Shown here: one piece after another, positions 24,401 to 38,166 of the stretch
Layout: every line of letters begins with the position of its first letter
How positions within the stretch are numbered: position 1 is the first letter of the stretch
Assembly: GCA_028826165.1 (NCBI GenBank)
Contig: JAPDFW010000063.1
Location: 62,001 to 126,000 of the forward strand
Source of the DNA: Anaeramoeba ignava BMAN
Lineage: Eukaryota; Protista; Anaeramoebae
DNA length: 64,000 nucleotides
Direction: 5' to 3'
Made by a program: the position numbers and the translations under genes
The notes under the pieces: model-generated
What the model saw: only the letters and a program-made list of their open reading frames with translations
What the model was told of the DNA's origin: nothing
Database searches by the model: none

Positions 24401-25555
24401 TGAATTTTTATATTTGAATTTTATATTTTAAATTTTTATTTAAATTTTTTATATTTATTTTTATTTTTTTATATTTGAATTTTATATTTAATTTTTTTAT
24501 TTGAATTTTGAATTTTTATTTGAATTTTTTTGAATTTTTTAAATTTTATTTGAATTTTATATTTAAATTTTATTTTTTTTTGAATTATATTTGAATTATA
24601 TTTAAATTTTATATTTTAAATTTTAAATATATTTAAATTTTATTTGAATTATATTTAAATTTTATATTTAAATTTTATATTTTAAATTTTATATTTTGAA
24701 TTATATTTAAATTTTTTAAATTTTATATTTGATTTATATTTGATTTATATTTGATTTATATTTGAATTTTATATTTAAATTTTATATTTGAATTTTTATT
24801 TGAATTATATTTGGATTTATATTTAAAATTATATTTTGAATTTTATATTTGAATTTTATATTTTAAATTTTATATTTAAATTTTATTTGAATTTTATATT
24901 TGAATTTTATATTTGAATTATTTATTTGAATTTTTATATTTGAATTTATATTTGAATTTTATATTTAAATTTATATTTGAATTTATATTTTAAATTATAT
25001 TTTAAATTTTATATTTAAATTTTATTTTAATTTTATATTTAAATATTTATATTTTATTTAAATTTTATATTTAAATTTTATATTTAAATTTTATATTTAA
25101 ATTTTATATTTAAATTATATTTAAATTTTATATTTGAATTTTTATATAAAATTTTATATTTAAATTTAAATTTTATATTTTTAAATTATATTTAAATATT
25201 ATATTTAAATTTATATTTAAAAAATTTATATTTTAAATTTTTATATTTAAATTTTATATTTGAATTTTATATTTGAATTATATTTAAATTTTATATTTGA
25301 ATTTTATTTAAATTTTATTTAAATTTTTTATATTTAATTTTTATTTGAATTATATTTGAATTTTACAGAAACTCGATATTTCATAATTTGTTTTCCAAAA
25401 CTTCCTGAATAAATAAATTCATCATCAACAAAAAAACATCGAATTTTTGAATTATGACCATGAATTATTGATGTTGGTGTTCTATCAATTGGAACTTGAT
25501 CCATTTCTGTTTCTTTTTGAATTATTTCACTTGTACTTTTTTCTTCAGTTGCCAT
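21405..25555 (-). CDS. WD40 propeller + tandem BTB protein, 8 exons (25555-25367, 24035-23925, 23837-23718, 23525-23400, 23091-22969, 22855-22736, 22610-22494, 22064-21405)
   Basis: In-frame splicing at GT-AG; WD repeats (GHNSKIRC..IYSGS, LYSGFSDGNVKEWN, CSKDCSIKKWD, GHKQPI..FTGG..AWD); last exon has BTB motif KDFTI..VHKIILMARSDLYRGMFLSV. Confidence 0.85.
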
Positions 25556-25883
25556 TTTTAATAAGAAAAATTTAAAGAAGAAGAAAAAAAAATGAAAAAA
25601 AAAAAACGAAAAAAAAATTTTTTTTAATTTATTTTTTAATTTGTTTTTTAATTTATTTTTGTTTTTAAAAAAAAAGAGAAAAAAAGAAAAAAGAAAAAAG
25701 AAATTAATTCGAATTTTGTTCATAATTCCATTTTTTAAAAAAAAAGCAAAAAAAAAAACTGTCACTTTTCTTTTTATTTTTCTTTTTAATCTTAATTTTT
25801 GTATTTTCTTTTTCAAAAGAAAACATCAAGAAAAAAAATGGAAAAAAGAAAAAACTTCGCAATAAAATTAATCACTAAAAGAA

Positions 25884-28800
25884 TTAAAAGAAAACGCGAA
25901 CAGCAGAGTCAGCACCACCTGAAGCGAGAATTCTTTTAGCCCTGTGGAATTGGATTGAATAAATGGCTTCATCATTTTTTTTCCTTGATCCAGGAAGTTC
26001 TTGAGCACATATTTTTGAGCTCAAATCCCAGAATCTGATTGAGGAATCATGAGAAACAGTAGCAAAATATTTGCCAGTAGGGTCAATATCGATATCTGAA
26101 ACGGAATCCAAATGAGTGATCATATTGAAGATGCATTTTCCACTTTTCCAATCAATCATTCTTACTCTTCTATCCTCATTTGCGGAGAGTATAATTGATG
26201 ATTCTTCATGCACAGCCATTCCGTTTACTTGTGATTTATTGTTGGTTTTCGGTATGTTTTTTGGATTTGATAAATCTATTCGGCAATTTTGTCCTTCTTT
26301 GTCTTCAGGAACATAGAATGTTGTAATCATATTCCCTTTTTCAATATCAAACAATCCTATTGTTGATGATGTAAATCCTGCTACAAATTTTGTTGGATCT
26401 GTTGGTAGGAATTTGATTGATGTTGGGGTTTGATTTTCTGTTTATTTTTTAATTTTAATTTTAATTTTAATTTTAATTTTAATTTTATAAATGAATTTTA
26501 ATTTTAATTTTATAAACAAATTTTAATTTTAATTTTAATTTTAATTTTATAAATTAATTTTAATTTTAATTTTATAAATTAATTTTAATTTTAATTTTAA
26601 TTTTAATTTTAATTTTAATTTTAATTTTAATTTTAATTTTAATTTTAATTTTAATTTTAATTTTAATTTTAATTTTATAAACAAATTTTAATTTTAATTT
26701 TAATTTTAATTTTAATTTTAATTTTAATTTTAATTTTAATTTTAATTTTTAATTTTAATTTTAATTTTATAAACAAATTTTAATTTTATAAATTAATTTT
26801 AATTACCATAATTTGGAATATTAGGAAATACAAATTCTTTTTGTAATGGATTTTGTTTTCCTAAATTCCATAATTTAATTGTTTTATCAGATGAACAAGA
26901 TAAAAGTAAATTTTCTTTTGGATGAATTGAAAGATCCCAAATCGCATCAGAATGCCCAGAATATGTTGTGATATGATGATGAACAGCTTTGCCTTAATAT
27001 TTTCATTTAAATATTTTCATTTAAATATTTTCATTTAAATATTTTCATTTAAAAATTTTCATTTAAATATTTTCATTTAAATATTTTCATTTAAATATTT
27101 TCATTTAAATATTTTCATTTAAATATTTTCATTTAAATATTTTCATTTAAATATTTTCATTTAAATATTTTCATTTAAATATTTTCATTTAAATATTTTC
27201 ATTTAAATATTTTCGTTTAAATATTTTCATTTAAATATGAACGAATTTACCGAAAGTATAATAAATATCATCAGAAACTTTATATTGTGGAATTTCCCAA
27301 ATAAAAATAAGGTTATCTGCACCAGCACTATACATCATATTTCTTTTATCATCAAGAATAACCTTTTAATAATTAATTTAATAATTAATTTAATAATTAA
27401 TTTAATAATTAATTTAATAATTAATTTAATAATTAATTTAATAATTAATTTAATAATTAATTTAATAATTAATTTAATAATTAATTTAATAATTAATTTA
27501 ATAATTAATTTAATAATTAATTTAATAATTAATTTGATAATCAAATTAATAATCAATTTAATAATAAATTTAATAATAAATTTAATAATAAATTTAATAA
27601 TTAATTTTATAATTAATTTAATAATTAATTTAATAATTAATTTAATAATTAATTTGATAATTAATTTAATAATAAATTTGATAATTAATTTGATAATTAA
27701 TTTGATAATTGATGTTAAAATCAAAAAAAAAATAGCATCAGCAAAGTACTTTATAAACAGGAGCTGTATGTCCACGTAAAGTACAAATAGGCATAATATC
27801 ATTATTCATTGATTTATTATGCTTTTTTTTATGTCTTCTTTTTGATTTTTCTTCTTGAACTTTTTTAAAAGACCAAAATTTTAAAGTATAATCTTCTGAT
27901 CCAGTTAATAAAAGATCTTCAGTTGAATGCCAAGAAACTGAACGAACTCCATCAAAATGACTTTTCAACATTGTTTTTGGTTTCCAAATTGAATATGATT
28001 CACTATCTTCATATAAATCATATTCATCTTTTCTTTCTTTTTTCTTTTATTTTTTATTTTAAAATTTTTTTTTTTGAATTGATTTTTTTGGAATTCATTG
28101 ATTTTCAATTTTTTGGATTGTTTTACTTCTACTATTGTTAAATCTGCAAGTTGACCAAGATCTTCTTTATTTTGATTTTTTCTTTTATCTCTTGATTTAT
28201 GGTGTTTACTTTTTTTTTAAATTTTGATTTTGAATTTTGAATTTTAAATTTTAATTTGAATTTTGAATTTTGAATTTTGAATTTTGAATTTTGAATTTTA
28301 ATTTGAATTTTTGAATTTTAATTTGAATTTTGATTTTTGAATTTTGAATTTAATTTTTGATTTTAAATTTTAAATTTTAAATTTTGAATTTTGATTTTAA
28401 ATTTTGAATTTTAAATTTTGAATTTTAAATTTTGATTTTAAATTTTGATTTTTGATTTTAAATTTTGATTTTAAATTTTAATTTTTGAATTTAAATTTTG
28501 ATTTTTGATTTTAAATTTACTGATGCTTTCGATGAGAAGATTTTTCTGGAATTTGGTTTGATTCAAAATTTTTACCCGAAACATCTTTCAAAGCATTCTG
28601 GAAATCAGCAGGACCAATTCTCATTCCTTTTGAAAAATTTGATTTTGATTTTGATTTTGATTTAGATTTAGATTTTGATTTTGATTTTGGAGCTTCAAAT
28701 AAACGAGCCATTTTTTCAAAATTCTTTTTGCCAAATTTTTTTTCAAATTCTTCTCTCATTTTTTCTTCTTCTGTTTTTTCAGGTTCTGTTTGTTGAATTG

Positions 28801-30397
28801 GTTCTTCAATAATTGATTTATTTTGTAATTCAATATTTTCATCTTGATTTTTTTCAATTTTTTGAGTTTCTTCAATTTCTTCATTTCCTTGATTTCCTTC
28901 ATATTTTTCTGATTTATTAACTTGATTTTTTGATTTTTCAATTAAATCGTTAAGTTGAATTTCTTTATTTTCAGATAATTCTTCAATTTCTTCAGTTTCT
29001 TTTTTATTTTCTATATTTTTTGATTGTAATTTTTGATCAAAATCTTCTTGTTTTTTTTCAATTTCTTTGATTTCTTCTTCCTTTTCGTTTGTTTTTGAAT
29101 CTTGAATAAGATTTAAATTTTCAATTGGATTTTCTTTTTCATCAACTTCATCATCAAGTGCAAGATTAATTTCATTATCATTTCCATTATCATTTTCAAT
29201 ATCATTATCAATATCATTATCAATATCAATATCATTTTCAATATCATTTTCAATATCATTATCAATATCATTATCATTATCAATATCAATATCATTATCA
29301 ATATCAATACCAATACCAATACCAATACCAATATTAATATCAACTTCATTTTCAAGATCGATATCAATATCATTTTCATTAGGAATTTCATTTTCAAGAT
29401 CCATTTCATTTTCATTTTCATTTTCATTTTCGATATTTTCTTGTAATAAAGGAGAATAAATATCAGGATAAGAATCATTAACTTTTAATAAATAACTAAA
29501 TATTTAAATATTTAATTTAATATTTAATTTAATATTTAATTTATTATTTAATTTAATATTTAATTTAATATTTAATTTGAAATATTTTAATTTAATATTT
29601 GATTTTAATATTAATAATATAATTTTTTTAATTTAATATTAAATTAAATATATTTTTATAATTTTTTATATAATTATTTAATAATATAATTTAATTTATT
29701 ATTATTTAATTTAATATTTAGTTAATTTTTAATTTAATTTAATATTTAATTTTATTTTAATTTTTAATTTAATATTTAATTTAATATTTAATTTAATATT
29801 TAATTTAATTTATAATTTAATATTTAATTTGATATTTAATTTAATATTTATTTTAATATTTAATTTAATATATAATTTAATATAATATTTCAAATGAAAT
29901 CAAATACCTTTGCAAAATAGAGGGTGTTTTTAATTCTTTGTTTTCTGTTTTATCTTTTTTTTTTTGTTAAAAAAATTTAAAAAAAAATTTATAATTGATT
30001 AAATTTTAAAAAAATTTTTTAAAAGAAAAATCTACATTGAATTAAAACTGTATTATATTTATTTGATAAATCAGAGAAATTTGATTGATTTCTAAAAAGA
30101 ATTTAATAATAAAAAAATTTTTTTAAAATTTAATCAATTAAAATTTTTTTTTTCAAATTAAAAAGAAAAAATAACAAACTTTTGCTTCATAATTGATTGA
30201 AGAATTTGAATTCTTTTTTCAAGATCCTTTTCAATTTTTTCTTCACTTTGATATTTTCCTTGAAGTTCTGAAATTTTTTTTAATAATTGTTTTTTTTCAA
30301 TTTCAAATTTCTCTTTTTCTTTTTGAAATCTTTTAAATTCTGTGTGAATAAAATTAAAAATTGTTTGAATTGAATTTGGATCAAAATCTGTTTCCAT
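25884..30397 (-). CDS. STRN: Striatin family protein (PP2A B''' / STRIPAK scaffold), about 8 exons
   Basis: N-terminal IFNFIHTEFKRFQKEKEKFEIEKKQL..ISELQG..DLEKRIQILQ matches the striatin coiled coil; WKPKTMLKSHFDGVR, GHSDAIWDL, THLDSVSDIDIDP..SHDSSIRFW, RKKNDEAIYSIQFH..ASGGADSAVRVF match the striatin WD40 C-terminus. Confidence 0.88.
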
Positions 30398-30622
30398 TAA
30401 ATTATTATTGTTCTTTTTATTTATAATTTATTATTGATTATTTTTTTTGAAAATGAAAAAAATGAAAAAAATGAAAAATGAAAAAAAAAATTTAAAAAAA
30501 AATTTTGTTTTGTTTTGTTTTAATTTTTTAATTTTAAAATTACGAAAAACTATCAAAAAAAAAAGAACAAGAAAAAGAATTTTTTAAAATTAAAACAAAA
30601 AAAGAAAAAACTTAAATTTGAA

Positions 30623-33012
30623 TTAATTATGAAGTTTTGGATTATTTGATAAGTAAAAACAACTCATTTTCCATTGTTCTCTAACCAATTCTAATTCTTT
30701 CTATAAACATTAAATTAAAATAAATCAAATTAAATCAAATATTTCAAATTAAATCAAATATTTTAAATTAAATATTTCAAATTAAATCAAATATTTTAAA
30801 TCAAATTAAATATTTCAATTTAAATCAAATATTTTAAATTAAATCAAATATTTTAAATCAAATATTTCAAATCAAATTAAATCAAATATTTTAAATTAAA
30901 TTAAATATTTTAAAATAAATTAAATATTTTAAATTAAATTAAATATTTTAAATTAAATCAAATATTTTAAATTAAATTAAATTAAATATTTTAAATTTAA
31001 ATTAAATTAAATTAAATTAAATCAAATATTTTAAATTAAATTTAAATTAAATCAAATTTAAATAAAAATATTTTTCAAATCAAATCAAATTAAATATTTC
31101 AAATTAAATCAAATATTTTTTTAAATCAAAAAATTAAATCAAGTATTTTTCAAATTAAATTAAATATTTTAAATTAAATCAAATATTTTAAATCAAATCA
31201 AGTATTTCAAATTAAATTAAATCAAATATTTTAAATTAAATTAAATATTAAAATTTAAATCAAATATTAAATCAAATTAAATATTTTTAAATTAAATATT
31301 TTAAATTAAATTAAATATTTTTAAATTAAATCAAATATTTTAAATCAAATCAAATATTTTAAATTAAATCAAATATTTTAAATTAAATCAAATTATTTAA
31401 ATCAAATTTTAAATTAAATTAAATTAAATATTTCAAATTAAATCAAATTAAATTAAATCCAAATCAAATATTTCAAATTAAATCAAATATTTTAAATCCA
31501 AATTAAATCAAATATTTTAAATCCAAATTAAATCAAATATTTTAAATCAAATTAAATCAATTATTTTAAATCCAAATTAAATCAAATATTTTAAATTAAA
31601 TTAAATCCAAATCAAATATTTTAAATTAAATCCAAATCAAATATTTCAAATTAAATTAAATATTTTAAATTAAATTAAATATTTCAAATCAAATCAAATA
31701 TTTTCAATCAAATATTTCAATTTAAATCAAATATTTCAAATTAAATTAAATCAAATTAAATTAAAATAAAATAAATTAAATTAAATTAAATCAAATTAAA
31801 TCAAATTAAATCAAATTAAATCAAATATTTTAAATTAAATTAAATCAAATATTTTAAATTAAATTAAATCAAATATTTTAAATCAAATCCAATATTTCAA
31901 ATCCAAATCAAGTATTTCAAATTAAATCAAATTAAATTAAATCCAAATCAAATATTTTAAATTAAAATTTTAAATTAAAAATTTTAAATTAAATCAAATA
32001 TTTTTAAATTAAATCAAACTTCTTCTATTTTAAAATTAAATATTTCAAATTAAATCAAATATTTTAAATTAAATTAAATATTTTAAATTAAATTTTAAAT
32101 CAAATATTTTAAATTAAATCAAATATTTTAAATTAAATCAAATATTTCAAATTAAATCAAATTAAATATTTCAAATCAAATCAAATATTTTAAATTAAAT
32201 TAAATATTTTAAATTAAATCAAATATTTTAAATTAAATCAAATATTTTAAATTAAATTAAATATTTTAAATTAAATTAAATATTTTAAATTAAATTAAAT
32301 ATTTTAAATTAAATCAAATCAAATATTTCAAATTAAATCAAATATTTTAAATAAAATTAAATTACTTGAAGTAAAAAATTCTCGTTTTTTAATAAATTAA
32401 GTTGGTCTTGTAATTTCCCATTCATTTCAGAAACTACTTTTGTTTCATTCTCAAGTTGTTTCAATCTTTCCTTAATCTTTTCTCGACTTTGCTGAGCACT
32501 TTTCCGATTTTTCAACATTCTTCGTGTTTTTTTCTGTTCATCGGTTAATCCTTTAAGTTGATCTCTTGTTAAATCACCTGAAAGATCAATAAAAGCACCT
32601 TCATTATCTTCCTGTTTTTTCCATTTAAAATTAAAATTAAAATTAATTTCATCCAATTTGTCTTCATTCTCTTCTTTCATCTCTTTTTTCCTTTTTTTTG
32701 AATTGGATTGATTTTCTTGTGAAATAATATTTGATTTTTGTAATCCAATTTTTTCATTTTGTTTCATTTCTTTATCATTTTGAATTTGGGGCTCTTTTTG
32801 TTGTTCTTTTATCTCTTTTTGAATTGCCTCAATAACAGCTGGATCCACTTTTGTTTGATCTATATTTTTTTCCCAAATCAATCTATTAATCAAAAAAATA
32901 AGTAAAGTAAAGTAAATAAAGTTTTTTTTTGTTTTTCTTTTAAAAAAATGAAGGGATATTATTTACTTATTAAAAATTCTTTTTGAAAATGTAAAAATTC
33001 TTTGTTTTCCAT
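30623..33012 (-). CDS. bZIP transcription factor; main exon about 32882-32366, last exon 30700-30623; first exon (33012-32967) tentative
   Basis: KKTRRMLKNRKSAQQSREKIKERLKQLE basic region plus leucine zipper, continuing across a 1.66-kb intron into KELELVREQW. The tentative first exon is one base out of phase. Confidence 0.8.
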
Positions 33013-33312
33013 TTTAAAAAGTTTTTATAATTAAAAATAAAAATTTTTTTTAAAAAGTTTTTTAAAAAGAAATTAGGAGAATGAATGGGATTTTTTAATT
33101 TGAAAAATAAAAAGTGAAAAATAAAAAAATAAAAATAAAAATTAAAAATAAAAATAATAAGATGAGTCATTATCAAATATTTTAAACTTAGCAAAAATAA
33201 AAATTAAATTATTTTCCAACTAATCTTTATTTAAAAAGAAAAAAAAACTTGTCAAAAAAAAAAACAAAAAGAAATTTTTTCTTTCTTTTTTTCTTTTCAA
33301 ATTTTTTTAAAT

Positions 33313-35420
33313 CTAAACAAAAATAGAATCCAAAAAAGTAAGAAAACGTTGAGAATAAGAATTAGGATCAACAGAAGACATTTGAGTAGTTAAATAACGA
33401 ACAGCCTTCAATCCATGTTCCAATTTTTTTTCGATATTATAAACCTGAAGAACATCGATCAATCCAAGAAAATAAATACAAATTCTTCCTTTAGAATCCT
33501 CAACAATTCCCAAAATTCCGCCGTCATTTATTTGATAAAAAGGGATTTTGCTTAAACCTCTTTCTCTTGATTCAAAACCTTTTGACATTTCCGAATTAAT
33601 CCGTTGAGGAATTTCTTGCTCGGCAAATTTTGATTTTTCATCTTGATATTGAATATTATCCTCATTTTCTTTGTCCAAATTTGGATCATCTTGTTCTTCA
33701 TTAAGATGCATAAAATGAATGCCAACAAGTAATGAATAATCCATGATATTAAGTGAATTCAAAAACTTGACATCGAAATAAATTTGGTTCAAAATAAGCT
33801 TCTTCAAAATGGGACCAACAAAAATTTTCTCCTGCAAATCATTATCCTTCAAAGTTTGATTTTTCTTTATTTTTTCAGTGTTTTTCCTCCTCTGTTTAGT
33901 TTGGAACCCTTGATGTCATATTTCTCGTGAATTTTTCGATCTGTTCGAAAAACATTTTCCATCACAATGAAATATTCCTCAATTGCAGTTGATGAGTTGA
34001 TTCTGATCTTGTAATGTCCATAAAAACTGGGAAGAAAAGTCTTTGGATTTGCCATCATATAGTTGTAAAATTTTTTAATATTTGAAAGCAGAACAACTGA
34101 ATCTTGTTTTGCAATTCTTTTTAAAATTAAACGATTGTCTGAACTCAAGAAAAAAAATGCTCCACTTCTTCCTCCAGTTGCCATAAATGGAACTAATCCT
34201 CCTGGCGAGCATATTGTTTCTTGATATTGTGCAAGTGGTATGTTTTTGTATGTTCGAAATTTGTGGAATACTAACGGTGAAAATTCCACAAATGATAGAA
34301 ATGATTGTTCGTTATTTTGTGAGTTTTCTGCTAGTACATTTCCTGAGCTATCCAAGTCCATTGTATGTATTTCTTCAAAGTTTTCATCATTTACTAAAAA
34401 GTTACATGGAAGATCTTTTTTTTGCATTTTTTCACACTTTGATATTTTTTTATAAATTTTTTTATATATTTTTTTATATATTTTATTTTTGATATTTTTA
34501 TATAAATTTTTATAAATTTCATTTTTGATAAATTTTCATAAATTTTTATAAATTCCATTTTTAGATTACACTTTCATTAATTCCTGCTACAATTAATTTT
34601 TGTATTAAATCTGAATAATTTGTTTTGAATTGACTTTCTTTTTTTGAATATATCGAAGCTCTTTTTTTCTTCATTGAAGACATAACATGCCCAAAAATTT
34701 GATCCATTGAAATGAATTTATGATCGTTTGAATCTATTTTTTAAAATTTCCAATTCAATTTAAAATTTAAAATTCTAAATTCTAAATTCTAAATTCTAAA
34801 TTCTAAATTCTACCAGTTTCAAAAGGTCGTTCAACTTCATAAAAATCTTCTAAATCTTGTGAATTCGATGATTCAGAATCACGTTTGTTATTTTTTTGGA
34901 GATCATTTTTCTCATTCTGTTTGTTCTCATCCTTTTCTTGCATTTCCTCAATTGTTTCATTAATATAATCCATAAGAAATTTTAATTGTTGGGAAATTTT
35001 ATCGAAAATAAATTGGAAATGTTGAGGATCATTAACAAAATGACTAATTTTTGATTCAGAATAATTTGAAAAAATTTCTGATTCCATTGATTGCAAAATT
35101 TTCCCAAAAAAATCTGATAAAAATTGCTCAGAATTAATTGATGATTTTGTATTTTCGAAAAAAAAATGAAGGCTTTGAATATCTTGATAAAATTTTTGTA
35201 TTTTTTTTTGTATTTTTTCATTTTGAAAACATTCTCTAAATTCAACTTTAAGTAATTGATTTGAGTTTAATTGTGATTTTTGAAGAATTTCATCCAAAAC
35301 TTTTTGATAAAATTTCATAACATTAATTTTATTTTCATTTTCATTTTCTTTTTCTTTTTGATTTTGTTGAAGTGGAAAGTTTTCATTAATATCAATATTT
35401 AAAAGTAATTCAGTTTGCAT
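33313..35420 (-). CDS. Phosphatidylinositol phosphate kinase (PIP5K family); 3 exons (35420-34814, about 34733-34570, about 34436-33313), frameshift near 33870
   Basis: GRSGAFFFLSSDNRLILK, MENVF, YDIKGS, LKDND, MDYSLLVGIH, YFLGLIDVLQ, SSVDPNSYSQRF. Confidence 0.9.
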
Positions 35421-35526
35421 ATTTTTTTTTAAAAAGAAAAAAATGAAAAAAATGAAAAAAATGAAAAAATTTTTTTTGAATAATTTTTTATTTCAAATAA
35501 AAATAAAAATAAAAATAAAAATCTTC

Positions 35527-36774
35527 TTACATGAAATTTTTTTTCTTTTGATTGGTTTTGATTTGTTTAAAATTATTGCCATTGTTTTGATTATTAAGTT
35601 CAAGTTGAAAATCTTCTAAATCTTGATTATTTTTCTGATTTTTTCTTTTTTGTCTTTTTTGATTATTTTTTGATTTAAATTTTGTTAATTTTTGACCTAA
35701 AATTGCTTCTTCAATTTTTTGTGGATTGATTTTTTCTTCTCTTTTAAATTTGTTTTTAATTTGTGTTCTTGATTTTGTTTTCATTAACTTTGAAATTAAA
35801 TCAAAATCTGTTCCGATTTTACTTAAAAAGTGATAAAATAAATCGTTTTCTAAACTTGTCCATTTTTTTGGATTGTTTCTTGTTTTTTTTTGAGTTTGTA
35901 AAATTGCTTTAAAGATTTGCTTTTTGGGGTTTTTAACCTGAATATCAGGAAAAAGCATCTGTTCTAAAGCGTCATCTGAATCCAAAGAAATTAAATCATT
36001 TGAAAAATTATTAGAATTATAATTGTCTTTTTCTTCTTCTTCTTCAAAATTATCAATAATTTTTTCTGTTTGTTTTTGAACTAACGAATCTTTTGTTTTT
36101 TTTTCTTTTAATTTTTGCATTTCTTCTTTTGTTGGAATTCCAAATCCAAATTGAATTAGTAAATTTTGATTTAAATTTTCAAATGAATTTTGATTTACAT
36201 TTTCAAATGAATTTTGATTTACATTTTCAAATGAATTTTGATTTACATTTTCAAATGAATTTTGATTTACATTTTCAAATGAATTTTGATTTAAATTTTC
36301 ATTTACATTTTCATTTACATTTTCAAATGGATTTTCATTTACATTTTCAAATGGATTTTCATTTACATTTTCAAATGGATTTTGATTTAAATTTTGATTT
36401 AAATTTTCAAATGGATTTTCATTTAAATTTTCAAATGGATCTGCAATTAAATCTTCAAATGGATCTGCAATTAAATCTTCAAATGGATCTGCAATTAAAT
36501 TCTCATTTAAATCTTCACTTACATTTTCAATTACATTTTCATTTAAATTTTCACTTACATCTTCATTTATATTTTCACTTACATCTTCATTTATATTTTC
36601 ATTTAAATTTTCAAATGGATCTGCAATTATTTGTTCTTGTGATCTTTTCAATGAATTCTCAAATGAACTTTTAAACGCATCTTCAAATGATTCTTCGTTC
36701 AAAGTTGTGTTATTTCTGTTTTGTTTTGGTTTTATTCGTTTAGTATTAACAACAAAAATAAGTTGATTTTTCAT
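35527..36774 (-). CDS. BDP1: TFIIIB B'' subunit Bdp1-like SANT protein with internal 8-aa repeats
   Basis: KWTSLENDLFYHFLSKIGTDFDLISKLMKTKSRTQIKNKFKREEKINPQKIEEAI matches the Bdp1-type SANT consensus. Confidence 0.8.
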   Translation of the reverse strand: MKNQLIFVVNTKRIKPKQNRNNTTLNEESFEDAFKSSFENSLKRSQEQIIADPFENLNENINEDVSENINEDVSENLNENVIENVSEDLNENLIADPFEDLIADPFEDLIADPFENLNENPFENLNQNLNQNPFENVNENPFENVNENPFENVNENVNENLNQNSFENVNQNSFENVNQNSFENVNQNSFENVNQNSFENLNQNLLIQFGFGIPTKEEMQKLKEKKTKDSLVQKQTEKIIDNFEEEEEKDNYNSNNFSNDLISLDSDDALEQMLFPDIQVKNPKKQIFKAILQTQKKTRNNPKKWTSLENDLFYHFLSKIGTDFDLISKLMKTKSRTQIKNKFKREEKINPQKIEEAILGQKLTKFKSKNNQKRQKRKNQKNNQDLEDFQLELNNQNNGNNFKQIKTNQKKKNFM

Positions 36775-36938
36775 ATTTTTTTTTATAATAAAAAAAAAAA
36801 ATACAAACCGTTTAATTAATTAATTAATTTAAAAATAAAAAAATGATTTAATTTTTAATTTTTTTTATTTTTTTATTTTTTTATTTTTTTAAAAGGAGAA
36901 AAAAAAAAGAAAAAAAGGAGAAAAAGTAAATTTGTTTT

Positions 36939-38166
36939 TTATTTTTTCTTTTTTGAAAGTATTCTTTCAACTTGATCTCTTTGAATTTGAGTTTCTGGTG
37001 ATAAAAAGCCTCTTGGATCTAATCTAAAATCATGATATATTTGTATTCTTGAGAAAACTTCTTCAGGTGAAAGAGAATACATTTTTCCCAAAATCAAAGA
37101 AACAATTGTTCCCTAATTCCACATTTTTAATTTAAGAACAAAAAAATTAAATAATAAATATTAAATTAAATATTAAATAATAAATATTAAATATTAAATA
37201 TTTAATCTAATATTAAATATTAAATTAAATATTAAATATTTGATATTAAATATTAAATATTAAATATTAAATATTAGATTAAATATTAAATATTAAATAT
37301 TAAATATTAGATTAAATATTAAATATTAAAATATTAAATAAATATTAAATAAATAATAAATAATAAATATTAAAATATTAAATATTAGATTAAATATTAA
37401 ATATTAAATATTAAATATTAAATATTAAATATTAAATATTAAATATTAAATATTAAATATTAAATATTAAATATTAAATTAAATATAAAATTAAATATTA
37501 AATATTAAATTAAATATAAAATTAAATATTAAATATAAAATTAAATATTAAATATTAAATTAAATATTAGATTAAATATTAAATATTAAATAATAAATAT
37601 TAAATATTAGATTAAATATTAAATATTAAATATTAAATATTAGATTAAATATTAAATATTAGATTAAATAATAAATTAAATATTAGATATAATATTAAAT
37701 TATATAAGATATAGAAACGAACAGTTCTTCCATGTCCTCCCCAACAATGAACTAACATTTTAACATCAGAATTCAACTTTTCAATTAAATTATCAGTAAA
37801 TTTATCAATATTATCATCATCAGTAATAGAACCATCTTCAATAGGAAAATGAAGAAATTCAAGTTTAAAATCAGCAGATTTTTCTTTATGGATTTTTTCT
37901 AAACCATCACGATAAGATCTAAACCGTTTGAGTTCAAAAGATTCCATCAAATTAACATAAACGGAAATTTCTTTAGAATAAAGAGATGAAAGTATTTCAT
38001 TATGTTTCTCTTCTGTTAAATATCCTGGATAAGCACTGGCTAAAAGTTTATCTGGTATAACCCAATTAGACCATTTTGTTGGTCCTCGAAATGTTTTTAT
38101 CATTTCTTCCTTTAATTTCTTGTTTGTTAGATCAGATAATGAAATTAATTCTGGTTTTTTAAACAT
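36939..38166 (-). CDS. Cys-based (CX5R) dual-specificity/PTP-like phosphatase; exons 38166-37723 and 37112-36939
   Basis: NWVIPDKLLASAYP, HFPIED, spliced catalytic loop VHCWGGHGRT|GT, C-terminal PETQIQRDQV. Confidence 0.9.

Noticed and set aside
27237-27802. ORFs with INLI/IKLI repeats, and similar ORFs at 22231, 45664, 47111, 47160, 54563
   Set aside because: Intronic microsatellites of real genes
33860-33880. Euplotes-type programmed frameshift at AAA-TAA in PIP5K
   Set aside because: The needed shift is -1 (a missing base) and the other frameshifts share no such motif
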